NCBI GenBank assembly: GCA_002747395.1
Contig: PDPE01000031.1
Span: 37,812-101,811 of the forward strand
Source of the DNA: Pseudomonadota bacterium
GTDB lineage: Bacteria; Pseudomonadota; Gammaproteobacteria; Pseudomonadales; Oleiphilaceae
DNA: 64,000 bases
Direction of reading: 5' to 3'
The notes beneath the pieces were generated by a model that saw only the letters and a list, made by a program, of their open reading frames with translations, ran no database searches and was not told the origin of the DNA. The translations under genes were made by a program, and so were the position numbers. The stretch's first letter is position 1; each line of letters opens with the position of its first letter. Shown in pieces: positions 40,094 to 52,913 of this stretch.

Positions 40094-41584
40094 ATGAATA
40101 AAGAAATATTACAAGTGGTAGAAACCGTATCGAACGAAAAAGGGGTTGATAAAAACGTCATTTTCGAAGCAATTGAGCTGGCTTTGGCCACGGCTACCAA
40201 AAAACGTTACGAAGATGAAGATGCCGATATTCGCGTTGTCATTGATAGAAAAACCGGCGAGTACGAGACGTTCAGGAGTTGGCTTATCGTCGATAATGAC
40301 GCTGTACCTGCGTTGGGTACAGAGCTGACGCTGCAGGAAGCAGAAGAGATAAGCGCAAAACTGCAGCCTGGAGACACTCACGAAGAACAGGTCGAGTCTC
40401 TGTCTTTCGGCCGAATTGGTGCTCAGGCAGCCAAACAGATTATTGTTCAAAAAGTCCGGGAAGCGGAGCGGGCCAAAATCGTAGAAGGGTTCCGGGACAA
40501 AATGGGCGACCTGGTATCGGGCACGGTCAAGAAGGTTACCCGGGACAACATTATTATTGATCTGGGTAACAATGCGGAAGCTGTTTTACCCAGAGACCAG
40601 GTTATCGGTCGTGAAACATTCAGAATGGGTGATCGGGTTCGAGCCTTGCTGAGAGAGATCAGGGAGGACACCCGGGGTGCCCAGTTGGTATTGAGCAGGA
40701 TCTGTCCGGAAATGCTGATCGAGTTGTTCCGGATAGAAGTGCCGGAAATATCCGAAGAGGTAATCGAAATTCGCGGGGCAGCAAGGGATCCCGGATCAAG
40801 GGCAAAGATTGCTGTTAAAACCAATGACGGTCGGATTGACCCTGTCGGTGCCTGCGTCGGTATGCGTGGTGCCAGGGTTCAGGCAGTGTCGAATGAGTTG
40901 GGAGGGGAACGTATTGATATTGTCCTTTGGGATGATAACCCGGCTCAACTGGTGATCAATGCCATGTCTCCGGCTGAAGTTGCCTCTATTGTTATTGATG
41001 AGGATACCAGCACCATGGAGGTCGCCGTCAGTGAAGAAAATCTGGCAATGGCAATTGGTAGAAACGGCCAGAATGTCAGGCTGGCCAGTGAACTGACGGG
41101 CTGGGAAATCAATGTGATGACTGTCGATGAAGCGAGTAAACGGAAGGAGCAGGAATTTGATCGTCTGGTGGGTTATTTTGTCGAGAATCTGGATGTGGAT
41201 GAAGACCTGGCAGGCGTGCTTGTCGAGGAAGGCTTTACCACAATAGAGGAAGTCGCTTACGTTCCATTGGAAGAAATCCTGGCTATTGATGACTTTGATG
41301 AAGAGCTGGTTACAGAGCTTAGAAAACGAGCCAGGGATGCGCTGCTTAACAAGGCAATAGCATCCGAAGAAGCACTGGAAGGGCAAGAGCCGGCAGAAGA
41401 TTTGCTCGGAATGGACGGAATGGATACCCATCTGGCCTTTATTCTTGCAAGCAAGGGTATTGTGACAATGGAAGACCTTGCCGAGCAGTCGGTTGACGAG
41501 TTGGTAGAAATTGAAGGTATCAATGAAGAGCGCGCGGGGCAGTTGATTATGACAGCTCGCGCACCCTGGTTTGAGAACCGGTAG
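40094..41584 (+). CDS. nusA: Transcription termination/antitermination factor NusA
   Basis: Starts [18 protein letters not shown]. Has S1 and KH domains ([26 protein letters not shown]) and C-terminal acidic repeats. Confidence 0.97.
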   Translation: MNKEILQVVETVSNEKGVDKNVIFEAIELALATATKKRYEDEDADIRVVIDRKTGEYETFRSWLIVDNDAVPALGTELTLQEAEEISAKLQPGDTHEEQVESLSFGRIGAQAAKQIIVQKVREAERAKIVEGFRDKMGDLVSGTVKKVTRDNIIIDLGNNAEAVLPRDQVIGRETFRMGDRVRALLREIREDTRGAQLVLSRICPEMLIELFRIEVPEISEEVIEIRGAARDPGSRAKIAVKTNDGRIDPVGACVGMRGARVQAVSNELGGERIDIVLWDDNPAQLVINAMSPAEVASIVIDEDTSTMEVAVSEENLAMAIGRNGQNVRLASELTGWEINVMTVDEASKRKEQEFDRLVGYFVENLDVDEDLAGVLVEEGFTTIEEVAYVPLEEILAIDDFDEELVTELRKRARDALLNKAIASEEALEGQEPAEDLLGMDGMDTHLAFILASKGIVTMEDLAEQSVDELVEIEGINEERAGQLIMTARAPWFENR

Positions 41585-41606
41585 GAAACAGGAGGATTGA
41601 TAAACG

Positions 41607-44219
41607 ATGGCAAATGTTACTGTGAAACAACTTGCTGAAGATGTAGGAGCTCCTGTTGATCGCCTGTTGAAACAGATGCAGGATGCGGGAATCCCGAAAA
41701 ATACTGAAACGGATATGGTTTCAGATGATGAAAAGCAAACGCTTCTTGCTTTTTTGAAGAAAAGTCATGGGGAGTCTTCTACCGAGCCAAGAAAAATTAC
41801 TCTGAAGCGGAAAACAACGACAACGCTAAAAACATCCGGGGGCGCAGGCAAGGCGAAAACGGTGAATGTTGAGGTGCGAAAGAAGCGTACCTACATTAAA
41901 CGGGAGGAGCCCAGGCCTGAACCTGAAGATGCTGCGGTTGAAAAAGTCGAGGCAGAGTCTTCATTACCCGATGTTGAAAAACCGGTGATCAAAGCTGAAC
42001 AGGTTGAAATCTCGCCGGAAACTGCGGGTGACGCTGTGGCCACCGATACCGCTTCGGCTGATGCCGTTGTGGTTGCAGACACTCCTGTCGAAGACTCTTC
42101 TGCTGAAGGCACCGCGGTGGAGCCTGCGTCGGAAACCAGTCAGGAAGAACAGTCCAAAGAGCAGGAACAGCCCGGGCAAGCAGGCGAAGAGGTCAAAGCT
42201 GCGGCGGTAATCGCCCCGGAAGACAAGCCCAGGCATGACGGGAAAAAAACCAGAAAGAAACATAAGGAACATGCTTCCTCTGATGAAGAAGGCAAGCCGA
42301 AAGTCAAATCTGCCGGACATAGAGGGCCGCGTCAACGGGCTGCGGAAGATCCCCTGAAATTGTCGCGGCTGGCCGATGATGAAGCGGAGACCCAGGGCAG
42401 GCGTGCACGAAGGAGGAAAAAAGCAAGGGATCGGGTTCGGCCTGCAGAAATGCCGAAGCAGCCAATCGTCAGGGAGGTTGCCATACCTGAAAGTATTTCT
42501 GTGGCAGACCTTGCGAACAAAATGTCTATCAAGGCAACAGAGGTGATCAAATCGCTGATGGGGCTGGGCATTATGGCAACGATCAATCAGACAATCGACC
42601 AGGAAACTGCTGTACTGGTTGCAGAAGAAAAGGGGCATAAGATTAAATTGCTTAAAGAAGATGCAATAGAAGAGGAAGTTCTGGAATCGGTCAGCTACGA
42701 GGGAGAGGCGATTGCCCGGGCTCCCGTTGTGAGTGTGATGGGGCATGTTGACCATGGTAAGACATCCTTGCTTGACCATATTCGTCGCACCAGGGTGGCA
42801 GCCGGAGAGTCGGGAGGAATTACGCAGCATATAGGTGCCTATCATGTGGAGACCGGCCACGGCATGATCAGTTTCCTGGACACCCCGGGCCATGCCGCAT
42901 TCACCGCAATGCGGGCACGCGGCGCCAAATGCACGGATATTGTTATCCTGGTTGTTGCTGCTGATGATGGCGTGATGCCGCAAACAGAAGAAGCGGTACA
43001 GCACGCTCGCTCGGCAGGCGTACCTCTTGTTGTTGCGGTGAACAAAATTGATAAGGAAAGCGCCGATCCGGATCGGGTTAGAAACGAATTGTCGGCGCTC
43101 GAAGTAATTCCGGAAGATTGGGGGGGCGATGTGCAGTTTGTCAATGTGTCGGCGCACTCTGGCGAAGGTGTTGATGAATTGCTTGATGCTGTTCTTCTGC
43201 AGGCTGAAATACTCGAGTTGTCAGCCGTACCTGACGTGCCCGCCAAGGGAGTGGTTATTGAATCCAGGCTGGACAAGGGGCGGGGAGCCGTTTCGACTGT
43301 GTTGATCCAGAATGGTACCCTGCACCAGGGTGATATTGTTATCGCCGGCATGTTCTTTGGTAAAGTTCGGGCAATGGCCGATGAAAATGGCCAGAAAATC
43401 CATGATGCCGGCCCTTCTATTCCGGTTGAAATTCTCGGTTTGAATGGCACCCCTGATGCCGGTGACGAGTTCTTGGTGGTTGCGGACGAGAAAAAAGCCA
43501 GAGAACTAACGAATTTCCGGATGGGCAAGTACAGAACGGAGAAAATACAGCGACAACAATCTGCCAAACTGGAAAACCTTTTCCAGAATATGGGGCAGGA
43601 AGAAACCAAAACACTGAATCTGGTACTCAAAACAGATGTGCGTGGTTCATTGGAGGCCCTGACCAGTGCCCTGGCTGATATCGGTAATGATGAAGTGGCG
43701 GTTAACGTGGTGTCCAGCGGTGTAGGTGGCATTGCCGAGACGGATGCAAACCTTGCTTTGGCCACTCATGCCGTTATCTTTGGCTTTAATGTGCGTGCTG
43801 ACAGTTCTGCCAAAAAAATCATTGAGAAAGAGTCAATAGACCTTCGCTATTACAGTGTAATTTATGACATTATTGATGATGTCAAACGGGCATTGACCGG
43901 AATGCTGGCACCTGAGTATAAGGAAGAGATTGTCGGCGTTGCCGATGTAAGGGAAACCTTCAAATCACCGAAGTTTGGTCAAGTGGCCGGTTGTATGGTC
44001 GTTGAAGGGGCCGTGCACAGGAATAAGCCAATACGGGTATTGCGAGACAATATCGTCATTTTCGAGGGTGAACTGGAGTCTTTACGACGATTCAAGGATG
44101 ATGTTCCCGAAGTTCGCTCCGGTACGGAGTGCGGTATTGGTGTTAAAAACTATGATGTGAAGGTTGGAGATAAAATTGAAGTCTTCGACAAAATCAAGGT
44201 AGAGCGCAAGCTGGATTAA
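41607..44219 (+). CDS. infB: Translation initiation factor IF-2
   Basis: GTPase motifs [17 protein letters not shown] and NKID. 870 aa with a charged N-terminal region. Confidence 0.98.
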   Translation: MANVTVKQLAEDVGAPVDRLLKQMQDAGIPKNTETDMVSDDEKQTLLAFLKKSHGESSTEPRKITLKRKTTTTLKTSGGAGKAKTVNVEVRKKRTYIKREEPRPEPEDAAVEKVEAESSLPDVEKPVIKAEQVEISPETAGDAVATDTASADAVVVADTPVEDSSAEGTAVEPASETSQEEQSKEQEQPGQAGEEVKAAAVIAPEDKPRHDGKKTRKKHKEHASSDEEGKPKVKSAGHRGPRQRAAEDPLKLSRLADDEAETQGRRARRRKKARDRVRPAEMPKQPIVREVAIPESISVADLANKMSIKATEVIKSLMGLGIMATINQTIDQETAVLVAEEKGHKIKLLKEDAIEEEVLESVSYEGEAIARAPVVSVMGHVDHGKTSLLDHIRRTRVAAGESGGITQHIGAYHVETGHGMISFLDTPGHAAFTAMRARGAKCTDIVILVVAADDGVMPQTEEAVQHARSAGVPLVVAVNKIDKESADPDRVRNELSALEVIPEDWGGDVQFVNVSAHSGEGVDELLDAVLLQAEILELSAVPDVPAKGVVIESRLDKGRGAVSTVLIQNGTLHQGDIVIAGMFFGKVRAMADENGQKIHDAGPSIPVEILGLNGTPDAGDEFLVVADEKKARELTNFRMGKYRTEKIQRQQSAKLENLFQNMGQEETKTLNLVLKTDVRGSLEALTSALADIGNDEVAVNVVSSGVGGIAETDANLALATHAVIFGFNVRADSSAKKIIEKESIDLRYYSVIYDIIDDVKRALTGMLAPEYKEEIVGVADVRETFKSPKFGQVAGCMVVEGAVHRNKPIRVLRDNIVIFEGELESLRRFKDDVPEVRSGTECGIGVKNYDVKVGDKIEVFDKIKVERKLD

Positions 44220-44292
44220 TGTGATTTCAATGATAGCGTTTGATAAATGATAGAACTTGATAACCCGTTGATATAAGTAAAGACAGGACGTT

Positions 44293-44706
44293 ATGCCTAA
44301 AGAATACAGCCGTGCCGAACGGCTTGCCGATCAAATTCAAAGGGAACTGGCGATGGTTATCCAGAGGGAGTTAAAAGACCCGCGGGTAGGCATGGTGAGT
44401 ATCAACGAAGTCAGGGTCAGCAAGGATCTCGGCTATGCAGAGGTGTATTTCACACTGGTTTCTGCCGAAGAGCTCACTGAAACGTCTGATCAGGTGAAAG
44501 AAACCGGTGACGTGCTTGGTCGGGCTGCCGGTTTTTTGAGAAGTCAGCTGGGGGCCCGTCTTAAATTGAGAACAGTTCCTCACCTGCGCTTCCATTTTGA
44601 TAGCAGCGTACTTCGCGGGCGACGGCTCTCCTCATTGATTGACAAGGCACTGGACGCTGATTTGAAAATGGCATCCAGAAGAGAAGATGGCGAGTTGTCT
44701 GATTAA
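44293..44706 (+). CDS. rbfA: Ribosome-binding factor A
   Basis: Contains RAERLADQIQRELAMVIQRELKDPRVGMVSINEVRVSKDL. Confidence 0.94.
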   Translation: MPKEYSRAERLADQIQRELAMVIQRELKDPRVGMVSINEVRVSKDLGYAEVYFTLVSAEELTETSDQVKETGDVLGRAAGFLRSQLGARLKLRTVPHLRFHFDSSVLRGRRLSSLIDKALDADLKMASRREDGELSD

Positions 44707-44769
44707 TGGGTTGTCCGATTAATACAGGTATCAGCGTGGACAGACACTTGCACGTGTGGTTGGTGGATT

Positions 44770-45723
44770 TTGGGGCGACGTAAATCCGGACGTAAAATTG
44801 ATGGCGTTATCCTGTTGGATAAGCCGACGGGGCTTACGTCGAACGACTGCCTTCAGCAGGTTCGTCGCCTGTTTAGTGCCAATCGAGCCGGCCATACCGG
44901 GAGTCTTGATCCTATGGCGACCGGGGTTTTACCTGTTTGCTTTGGTGAGGCGACAAAGTACGCCCGGTTTGGCCTGGATGCCGATAAGGCTTATGTGGCT
45001 CGTGCCAGGCTGGGGGTAACAACAGAGACCGGTGATGCAGAAGGTGCTGTGGTTGCGGAAAAAAGCGTGCCCACGCTGACTTCAGATTCCCTGAAACAGG
45101 TTTTTGCACAGTTTACCGGTGAGATTATCCAGGTTCCTTCCATGTATTCCGCGCTAAAGCATAAAGGGCGACCTTTGTACGAGTATGCTCGCAAAGGCAT
45201 TGTTGTGGATCGGCCCGGCAGACCAGTGAAAATATATCAACTGGATTTGATTGAGCTTTCCGGGCGCGACCTGGTTTTTTTCGTGAGGTGCAGCAAGGGA
45301 ACCTATATCCGAACACTGGCAGAAGATATTGGTAACCAGATAGGCTGTGGTGCTCATCTGATTGGCTTGCGCAGAACCGGGGTGGCAAATTTTGGCCTGG
45401 ACTCCTGTCATACCCTGGAGTCTTTAAGGGATTTCTCCCAAAAAGCTCGCACTCGGGAAATCGCTGACTATACAGAACTTGACAGATTGTTGTTACCCGT
45501 TGACCAACTGGTTAATTATTTACCAGAATACAGGCTAAATTCAGCCAATACCCGGTCGCTATTGCACGGACAAAAGGTTAGAATATCCGGCCTGACCGTG
45601 CCAAAAGGGCTTTGTCGCCTGTATTCCGACGATTCAAACCGCTTTCTTGGCATCGGGGAGACAGATAAATCTGATCCTGAATTGCTGTCTCCGGTGCGTT
45701 TGATCTCAACGGTGACCAATTGA
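44770..45723 (+). CDS. truB: tRNA pseudouridine-55 synthase
   Basis: Contains GVILLDKPTGLTSND, with the catalytic Asp in GHTGSLDPMATGVL. The TTG at 44770 is the first in-frame start after a stop. Confidence 0.94.
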   Translation: MGRRKSGRKIDGVILLDKPTGLTSNDCLQQVRRLFSANRAGHTGSLDPMATGVLPVCFGEATKYARFGLDADKAYVARARLGVTTETGDAEGAVVAEKSVPTLTSDSLKQVFAQFTGEIIQVPSMYSALKHKGRPLYEYARKGIVVDRPGRPVKIYQLDLIELSGRDLVFFVRCSKGTYIRTLAEDIGNQIGCGAHLIGLRRTGVANFGLDSCHTLESLRDFSQKARTREIADYTELDRLLLPVDQLVNYLPEYRLNSANTRSLLHGQKVRISGLTVPKGLCRLYSDDSNRFLGIGETDKSDPELLSPVRLISTVTN

Positions 45724-45852
45724 ACCTGATCCTTTCAGGCGTACGTGAAAAGGTTTCGGTTTTATTCCGAAAAACAGAAGACTAAAACGACAGCTGTAAA
45801 TATGCACGGATGTACGTTTTTTTGTTTAATGCATATTGAAGAGGTATAAGAG

Positions 45853-46122
45853 ATGGCTTTGAGCGCCGAAGAAAAAGCGAAAATTGTGAAAGATTATCAA
45901 CTGGCCGAGGGTGATACCGGCTCTCCTGAAGTTCAGGTTGCATTATTGAGTGCCAATATCAACAAGCTTCAAGATCACTTCAAGGCACACAAAAAAGATC
46001 ACCACAGCCGTAGAGGGTTAATCAGAATGGTTAACCACAGAAGAAAGCTTCTGGATTATTTGAAAAGAAAAAATACCCAGGGTTATGTTGAGTTGATCGG
46101 CCGTCTTGGATTGCGTCGCTAA
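45853..46122 (+). CDS. rpsO: 30S ribosomal protein S15
   Basis: 89 aa. Contains [37 protein letters not shown]. Confidence 0.98.
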   Translation: MALSAEEKAKIVKDYQLAEGDTGSPEVQVALLSANINKLQDHFKAHKKDHHSRRGLIRMVNHRRKLLDYLKRKNTQGYVELIGRLGLRR

Positions 46123-46252
46123 ACACTTGCTTTTTGCAATATCGGAGTATCGGGCTTCACTTTCCAAAGGCTGAATGTCTGCAGGAAGCGTTCCCGGTAC
46201 TTTTTCTTTATTTGCAGAAGCAAAATTCGAGATTATTTTGGAAGGAAAAACA

Positions 46253-48340
46253 GTGAATCCTGTAAAAAAGACATTTAAATTTGGAAATTCGGAAGTCACT
46301 CTGGAGACAGGTCGAATAGCTCGACAAGCAACCGGAGCTGTGCTGGTAAGTATGGATGATACCTCTGTACTGGTTACTGTTGTTGCTGCAAAAGAGGCCA
46401 AAGACGGGCAGGATTTCTTTCCTTTATCCGTGCATTACCAGGAAAAGCAATACTCGGTGGGCAAAATCCCCGGAGGCTTTTTCAAGCGTGAAGGTCGTCC
46501 TACCGAGAAAGAGACTCTGACATCCCGACTGATTGACCGGCCCATTCGGCCCTTGTTCCCGGATGGATTTCTCAATGAGGTTCAGGTGGTGTGTAATGTG
46601 GTTTCAGCCAATAAGGAAGTTGATCCCGATATAGCAGCAATGATCGGCACGTCCGCCGCGCTGGCCATCTCGGGTATCCCCTTTAGTGGACCCATCGGTG
46701 CTGCGAGAGTGGGCTATGATGAAGAAGAAGGGTATGTCCTCAACCCGACATTCAGTCAGTTAAAAGACTCCTTGCTGGATATGGTTGTTGCCGGCACTCA
46801 GGATGCTGTACTAATGGTTGAATCTGAAGCGAAGGAACTGACTGAAGATGAAATGCTGGGTGCAGTGTTATTCGCTCACCAGGAAATGCAGACGGTAGTC
46901 AATGCGGTCAAAGAGTTCGCAGCAGAAACAGGTAAGGAAAAGTGGGAGTGGACGGCGCCGGAAGAAAATACAGCCCTGATTGAATCTGTCAGCGCTCAAT
47001 TTGGCGACCAGATCACCGCGGCTTATACCGTCAGTGACAAGATGCAGCGATACAGCAAGCTGGATGAAGTGAAATCATCAGCGGTTGAAACTCTGGCAAC
47101 TGACGATGAAAGCGGGCCGTCAGCTGATGAGGTAAAAGACGTTTTCAAGAAGATTGAGAAGAAAACCGTTCGCAGTCGAATTATTGACGGCCAGCCTCGA
47201 ATTGATGGTCGAGACAATAAAACGGTTCGCCCGATTCAGGTTGAAGTGGGCGTTTTGCCAAACAGTCATGGTTCGGCACTGTTTACCCGTGGCGAAACTC
47301 AGGCGCTGGTTGCGGCAACACTGGGCCCGATCAGGGATATGCAGATTATTGATGCGTTGGAAGGCGAACGTAAAGAGAACTTTATGCTGCATTATAATTT
47401 CCCGCCGTTTTCTGTTGGTGAGTGTGGCCGTATCGGTGCAACGGGTAGAAGGGAAGTGGGGCACGGCAGGTTGGCCAAGCGTGGCGTTCAGGCTGTCATG
47501 CCGACGGTGGAAGAATTTCCTTATGCCGTGCGTGTGGTTTCCGAGATTACCGAATCCAATGGTTCAAGCTCGATGGCGAGTGTCTGCGGCAGTTCACTGG
47601 CGCTGATGGACGCGGGTGTTCCTTTGGTTGCGCCTGTAGCCGGAATCGCAATGGGGCTTATCAAAGAGCAGGACAAATTTGCCGTATTGACCGATATTCT
47701 GGGTGATGAGGATCACCTGGGTGATATGGACTTCAAGGTTGCCGGAACCTCCGAGGGCATTACTGCACTGCAGATGGATATCAAGATTGAGGGTATCACC
47801 GAAGAGATTATGGAAATTGCCCTGGAGCAGGCACATGATGCACGAGTGCATATTCTGGGTGAGATGAACAAGGTTCTGGAAGTGTCCCGGGACTCGGTTG
47901 CCGACAACGCACCTAAAATGCATATGATGAAAATCGATGCGGATAAGATCCGTGACCTGATTGGTAAGGGTGGTGCAACGATTCGATCAATCTGCGACGA
48001 TACGGGTGCATCCATAGATATCGAAGACGATGGTCAGGTTCGAATTTATGCAGATGATAAAATCGCTGCCGATGCGGCAATCGAGCGCGTTATGGCAGTG
48101 ACTGCCGAAGTCGAGGTGGGTAAGATATACAAGGGCAAGGTAGAGCGTATCGTTGACTTCGGCGCCTTTGTTAACATACTCCCCGGAAAGGACGGCCTGG
48201 TTCATATCTCTCAGATCTCCGAGGAGCGGGTCAACAATGTCACCGATGTTTTGTCGGAAGGCGAGGAAGTGAACGTAAAAGTTCTGGATATCGACAACCG
48301 CGGTCGCATCAAGCTGACGATGAAAGCCCTGGCTGAATAA
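46253..48340 (+). CDS. pnp: Polyribonucleotide nucleotidyltransferase (PNPase)
   Basis: A GTG start at 46253 follows a GGAAGGA SD ([26 protein letters not shown]). The track ORF from 46175 is over-extended. Two RNase PH domains plus KH and S1 domains. Confidence 0.96.
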   Translation: MNPVKKTFKFGNSEVTLETGRIARQATGAVLVSMDDTSVLVTVVAAKEAKDGQDFFPLSVHYQEKQYSVGKIPGGFFKREGRPTEKETLTSRLIDRPIRPLFPDGFLNEVQVVCNVVSANKEVDPDIAAMIGTSAALAISGIPFSGPIGAARVGYDEEEGYVLNPTFSQLKDSLLDMVVAGTQDAVLMVESEAKELTEDEMLGAVLFAHQEMQTVVNAVKEFAAETGKEKWEWTAPEENTALIESVSAQFGDQITAAYTVSDKMQRYSKLDEVKSSAVETLATDDESGPSADEVKDVFKKIEKKTVRSRIIDGQPRIDGRDNKTVRPIQVEVGVLPNSHGSALFTRGETQALVAATLGPIRDMQIIDALEGERKENFMLHYNFPPFSVGECGRIGATGRREVGHGRLAKRGVQAVMPTVEEFPYAVRVVSEITESNGSSSMASVCGSSLALMDAGVPLVAPVAGIAMGLIKEQDKFAVLTDILGDEDHLGDMDFKVAGTSEGITALQMDIKIEGITEEIMEIALEQAHDARVHILGEMNKVLEVSRDSVADNAPKMHMMKIDADKIRDLIGKGGATIRSICDDTGASIDIEDDGQVRIYADDKIAADAAIERVMAVTAEVEVGKIYKGKVERIVDFGAFVNILPGKDGLVHISQISEERVNNVTDVLSEGEEVNVKVLDIDNRGRIKLTMKALAE

Positions 48341-48435
48341 GCATAAAGACTACGGAGTGTTTTTGTGCTTGACTGTTAATTTGCGGGTATTTGTATTATG
48401 AATGCCCGTAAAGTCAGTGGAAAAGAGATTGTGAT

Positions 48436-48472
48436 GAAAAAAATTCTATTGAGCAAATAAGCTCAATAGAAT
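48436..48472 (-). terminator. Intrinsic terminator for the minus-strand lipoprotein gene
   Basis: A perfect 12-bp stem ATTCTATTGAGC / GCTCAATAGAAT with a 6-nt loop. It is followed on the minus strand by a T-run. Confidence 0.6.
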
Positions 48473-48538
48473 AAGGGTTACGCTATAAAACAGTCAGACT
48501 TGATGATTTTTTATAGCGTCTGCTGCGGGATAGTCCGA

Positions 48539-48850
48539 TTAGTCTCCGTACACGGTAGTTTCGTACTTTCCTATGATGCCCAAAATGTTATTTGCCTTCC
48601 AATCTACATGATATACTTTGGAAATCCCGCCATCTCTCTTGGCTGCTTCGATACTGCAGTCACCCTGAGCAAGCATGCCCAGTATGCTCTGGCAATGTGA
48701 AGTGCCCACCTTGGATGATTTGCCGATGCTGGATGTTGCAGAAATAGGTAATGTGACGTCTGTCATAAGGCCGCCAACCGGAATACTTGTTGCGCATCCT
48801 GTCAAAGCTGTGCTGGCAATAATAATACTTCCTAAAACAAGTTTTTTCAT
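48539..48850 (-). CDS. TRL-like family lipoprotein
   Basis: Signal MKKLVLGSIIIASTALTGC (lipobox LTGC). GGLMTDVTLP...ILGMLAQGDCSIEAAKRDGGISKVYHVDWK...TTVYGD follows the TRL-like pattern. The start is trimmed from 48889. Confidence 0.8.
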   Translation of the reverse strand: MKKLVLGSIIIASTALTGCATSIPVGGLMTDVTLPISATSSIGKSSKVGTSHCQSILGMLAQGDCSIEAAKRDGGISKVYHVDWKANNILGIIGKYETTVYGD

Positions 48851-49132
48851 AAATAAGTTCCTTGATAAATAAAATGTACCAAAGGCCAATATATCAATAT
48901 ATACAGCAAAACTGCAGGATGGCCCAAGGGAGCAGTGATTTAAGCTGTGTAAGTCTAACAGTTTTATCGATAAGTGTCATATTTGCCGATAACCTGAAAG
49001 TACTGGTAAATAACGCGAAGACCCGGCAATTGCCGGCCTCTGCATACTTCGTGCTTATTTCGATTTCAAGTATAGCCGCTTTCGGTAAAATGGAAAGATA
49101 TCATCTAAAAGTCCTGGAAGAGGAAAGGGGTA

Positions 49133-49834
49133 CTATCCCCCCAGGTAGGCTTTTCTGACATCCTCATTGACCAGGAGATTGCTCCCGGTGTCATGGAGGA
49201 CAATTTCTCCATTCTCCAGTACGTAGCCCCTGTCTGACAGCCTTAGTGCCTGGTTTGCATTCTGTTCCACGAGAAAAATGGTCATGCCTTCATCACGCAA
49301 ATGTTCAATGATGTCAAAAATCCGGGCGATAATAATGGGTGCAAGGCCAAGCGATGGTTCATCGAGAAACAGTAGTCGGGGTTTGCTCATAAGAGCGCGT
49401 CCGATGGCCAGCATTTGTTGCTCTCCACCGGACATGGTGCCGCTTCGCTGTGCTTCCCGCTCTTTGAGTCTTGGAAAAAGTGAATAGACTTTTTCCAGCA
49501 ACGGGTCAAAATCTTCCTTGTCGGTAAAGAAACCACCCATGTGCAGGTTTTCTTCAACGGTCAACCCGGGAAAAATGCGTCGTCCTTCAGGGACTATGGC
49601 GATGCCACTGCGCATGATGGTGGAGGTTTCTGCTTCGGTAATGTCTCTGTTTTCGAAGGTGACGTGACCCGAAGTCGCCCTGGGGTCTCCGCAAATAGTC
49701 ATCAGCAGTGTTGACTTGCCGGCGCCATTGGCGCCAATTAAAGAAACGATCTCTCCCTCGTTTACTTCCAGGGATACGCCACGCAGGGCTTCAATTTTAC
49801 CATAGTGGGTGTGTACGTTTTCCAATACCAGCAT
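49133..49834 (-). CDS. livF: Branched-chain amino acid ABC transporter ATP-binding protein LivF
   Basis: Walker A GANGAGKST, signature MSGGEQQML, Walker B LLFLDEPS. Last gene of the livJHMGF order. Confidence 0.93.
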   Translation of the reverse strand: MLVLENVHTHYGKIEALRGVSLEVNEGEIVSLIGANGAGKSTLLMTICGDPRATSGHVTFENRDITEAETSTIMRSGIAIVPEGRRIFPGLTVEENLHMGGFFTDKEDFDPLLEKVYSLFPRLKEREAQRSGTMSGGEQQMLAIGRALMSKPRLLFLDEPSLGLAPIIIARIFDIIEHLRDEGMTIFLVEQNANQALRLSDRGYVLENGEIVLHDTGSNLLVNEDVRKAYLGG

Positions 49835-50601
49835 TACTCTTCCCCCAGGTAAGCTTTGATGACATCTTGGTTGTTCTTGATTTCATCCGGTGTACCCGAG
49901 GCCAGATGTCTGCCCTGGTTGACGACGACAATTTTGTCGGATATGCCCATAACCAGGCTCATATCATGCTCGATCAGCAGAATGGAGACGTTATAATCAT
50001 TCTTGAGGCTGACTATCAGGCTGTCAAGATCCTGTGTTTCGTTCGGGTTAAGACCGGCGGCGGGCTCGTCAAGCATTAGCAATGCGGGTTTTGTCACCAT
50101 ACAGCGGGCAATTTCAAGGCGGCGCTGTTGGCCATAGGCCAGGTTGCCCGCCTCACGGTTGGCTACATCGATCAGGCCCACCTTGTCCAGCCAGTAAGCC
50201 GCATACTCCATTGCTTCGTTTTCCTGTTTGCGGTACGAGCGAGTGTTAAACAGCCCGGCAAACAGATTGGTGTTTACATGACGGTGCTGCGCAACCAGCA
50301 GATTTTCAATGACGCTCATATGGTTGAACAACCGGACATGCTGGAAGGTGCGAACCATTCCCAGCCTGGAAATTTTGTAGTCCGGCATGCCCTGGGTCGG
50401 GCGGCCCTTGAAATCAATGCGCCCCCCGGTCGGTCGGTAAAACCCGCTGATACAGTTAAATACCGTGGTTTTTCCCGCACCGTTTGGCCCGATGATAGAC
50501 ACAATCTGCTTGTCTGCAACGTCCAGGGAGACCCCGTCCACCGCCAAAAGCCCCCCAAACCGCATGGACAAGCCCGATACATCAAGAATTTTATCAGACA
50601 T
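49834..50601 (-). CDS. livG: Branched-chain amino acid ABC transporter ATP-binding protein LivG
   Basis: Walker [10 protein letters not shown], signature [13 protein letters not shown], Walker [11 protein letters not shown]. Confidence 0.93.
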   Translation of the reverse strand: MSDKILDVSGLSMRFGGLLAVDGVSLDVADKQIVSIIGPNGAGKTTVFNCISGFYRPTGGRIDFKGRPTQGMPDYKISRLGMVRTFQHVRLFNHMSVIENLLVAQHRHVNTNLFAGLFNTRSYRKQENEAMEYAAYWLDKVGLIDVANREAGNLAYGQQRRLEIARCMVTKPALLMLDEPAAGLNPNETQDLDSLIVSLKNDYNVSILLIEHDMSLVMGISDKIVVVNQGRHLASGTPDEIKNNQDVIKAYLGEE

Positions 50602-51892
50602 TTTTCAACTCCAGATGAGGTCGTTTCATTGGCAACAGACCTTGAGGACGCCAGACCATCATAAATACCATCATCAATCCGAACATCAACATTCGATACT
50701 CCTGAAATTCCCGGGCCAGTTCAGGCAGGACTGTCATGGCGACGGCAGCGAGTATGATGCCAGGTTGTGACCCCATTCCGCCCAGTACCACGATCGCAAG
50801 AATAATTGCAGATTCAATGAAGGTGAAAGATTCAGGTGAGATAAAGCCTTGCCGGGCAGCGAAAAAAGAACCGGCGAGGCCGGCAAAGGAGGCCCCTATG
50901 GTGAATGCGGAGAGTTTGATAATTGTTCGGTTCAGGCCGAGAGAGCGGCAGGCAATTTCGTCTTCACGCAGCGCTTCCCAGGCTCGGCCGACCGGCATGC
51001 GCATCAACCTGCGAATGACGAACAATGTGGCGAGAACCAGCAGAACCGCAAGAATATAAAGGAAGATGACCTTATAGGAGCTGTCGTAAGCGATACCAAA
51101 ATACTCGTGAAAAGGGATGTTACCTTCTTCCTTGGCTCTTCGGGTAAACTCCAGTCCGACGACGGTAACTTCCGGATCCGTCTGGATTGCGGGCAGTGAG
51201 GGCTTGGGTATGCCACCGATACCATTTGGGCCACCGGTAAGCTCGGTTTGATTGTTGAGCAGGATACGAATAATTTCACCGAATCCAAGTGTTACAATGG
51301 CCAGGTAATCTCCCCTGAGTCGTAACACGGGGAAGCCCAGAATAAAGCCGAATGCAGCTGCCAGCAAGCCGGACAATGGCAGGCATTGCCAAAAACCCAG
51401 CCCGAAGTATTGTGAAAGCAGCGCATAGCTGTAGGCACCCACCGCATAAAAAGCGACGTAACCAAGATCAAGCAGCCCGGCCAGGCCGACGACGATGTTG
51501 AGTCCGAGGCCCAGGATGACGTAAATGAGTACCAGTGTCGCCAGGTCGATTGAGCCCCTGGATGCCATAAATGGCCATATCAGTGCAGCTACGACAATCA
51601 GAAAAATGGCGGCTTTTTCCATTCTGGATCTGGTTTCGGTTGAAACGGTTTTAAGGGGGGGCGCTTTGGGCAGGGGCAGCGATGACAGCCAACCGGAAAC
51701 CTGGCCTCTGAATAATTGAAAAAGGAACACGGTCAGACTGGCGAGAACAATGTAGAGCATGGTTTGCCCGGAGGCGCTTTTCAGTGTGGTGCTAATTCCC
51801 TCCGAGACCATATTGACACCGAGAAGAGGGAAAGAAAGTATAAAGGTTGCGACGCCGGCAATCAGTGCCTGATTAATATTCTGCTTGTTCAT
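50594..51892 (-). CDS. livM: Branched-chain amino acid ABC transporter permease LivM
   Basis: 432-aa polytopic protein. Contains the [14 protein letters not shown] motif. Start/stop overlaps with livH and livG. Confidence 0.9.
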   Translation of the reverse strand: MNKQNINQALIAGVATFILSFPLLGVNMVSEGISTTLKSASGQTMLYIVLASLTVFLFQLFRGQVSGWLSSLPLPKAPPLKTVSTETRSRMEKAAIFLIVVAALIWPFMASRGSIDLATLVLIYVILGLGLNIVVGLAGLLDLGYVAFYAVGAYSYALLSQYFGLGFWQCLPLSGLLAAAFGFILGFPVLRLRGDYLAIVTLGFGEIIRILLNNQTELTGGPNGIGGIPKPSLPAIQTDPEVTVVGLEFTRRAKEEGNIPFHEYFGIAYDSSYKVIFLYILAVLLVLATLFVIRRLMRMPVGRAWEALREDEIACRSLGLNRTIIKLSAFTIGASFAGLAGSFFAARQGFISPESFTFIESAIILAIVVLGGMGSQPGIILAAVAMTVLPELAREFQEYRMLMFGLMMVFMMVWRPQGLLPMKRPHLELKNV

Positions 51893-52818
51893 TATATTTT
51901 TTCAACCTCCGGTTTACCCAACAATCCTGTGGGTCGAAAGAGCAGTATCACGACCAGCAGACCAAAGGAGACGACGTCTTTGTATTCCGAGCTGAAGTAG
52001 GCAGCAGTCATGCTCTCGGTAACCCCGAGCACCAGTCCGCCCAGCATGGCACCGGGTATGCTGCCTATTCCGCCCAGAACAGCCGCAGTGAATGCCTTTA
52101 ACCCGGCGATAAATCCGACAAAGGGGTTTGCTGTGCCATAGTGCAGGCCAAGCAGCAGTCCGGCAACCGCGGCCAGAGCGGCGCCAATGACAAAGGTGGT
52201 GGCGATGATTCGATTGGTATCGATTCCGAGCAGGCTGGCCATTTTCATATCTTCGGATACCGCCCGGCAAGCCCTGCCCGTTCGGGATTTTGCGATGAAA
52301 AGAGAGAGTGCTGTCATTGATACCAGGGTGGTAACCCAAATGAAAATCTGCATGACTGACAAGGTAACCTGGAAACCTTCCGGCGGGCCGAAGGACCAGT
52401 TGCCTTCGATGAGGCTGGGGATGGCAACATCCCTTGAGCCTTGTGCCAAACGGACATAATTCTGTAAAAAAATGGACATCCCGATCGCAGAAATGAGAGG
52501 GATCAGTCGATTCCCTCCTCGCAACGGCCGATAGGCGACGCGTTCGACGGCCCACCCGAACGTACTTGAAATAAACATTGCAACCATCAAGGCCACGAGG
52601 ATAATGATGGGCAAACAGGTAACTCCCCCCATCATCAGGCCGGTGATGACAATAAACGACACATACATGCCTATCATGTATATTTCACCATGGGCAAAGT
52701 TGATCATGCCGATGATCCCGTACACCATGGTGTAACCTATTGCGATCAGAGCATAGGTACTGCCGATGGTGAGCCCGTTCATCAGCTGTTGTAAAAAGTA
52801 GAGAGACCCTTCAACCAT
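51892..52818 (-). CDS. livH: Branched-chain amino acid ABC transporter permease LivH
   Basis: 308 aa. Contains [37 protein letters not shown]. Confidence 0.92.
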   Translation of the reverse strand: MVEGSLYFLQQLMNGLTIGSTYALIAIGYTMVYGIIGMINFAHGEIYMIGMYVSFIVITGLMMGGVTCLPIIILVALMVAMFISSTFGWAVERVAYRPLRGGNRLIPLISAIGMSIFLQNYVRLAQGSRDVAIPSLIEGNWSFGPPEGFQVTLSVMQIFIWVTTLVSMTALSLFIAKSRTGRACRAVSEDMKMASLLGIDTNRIIATTFVIGAALAAVAGLLLGLHYGTANPFVGFIAGLKAFTAAVLGGIGSIPGAMLGGLVLGVTESMTAAYFSSEYKDVVSFGLLVVILLFRPTGLLGKPEVEKI

Positions 52819-52913
52819 GTATCTTCTTCTCCGTTCGGGTACACCTAAAAAAGAAAAACACCTGCTCCCGAGGGAGCAAGTGCCTGGAGTCTGGCATTCA
52901 CAAAACTATTTCA

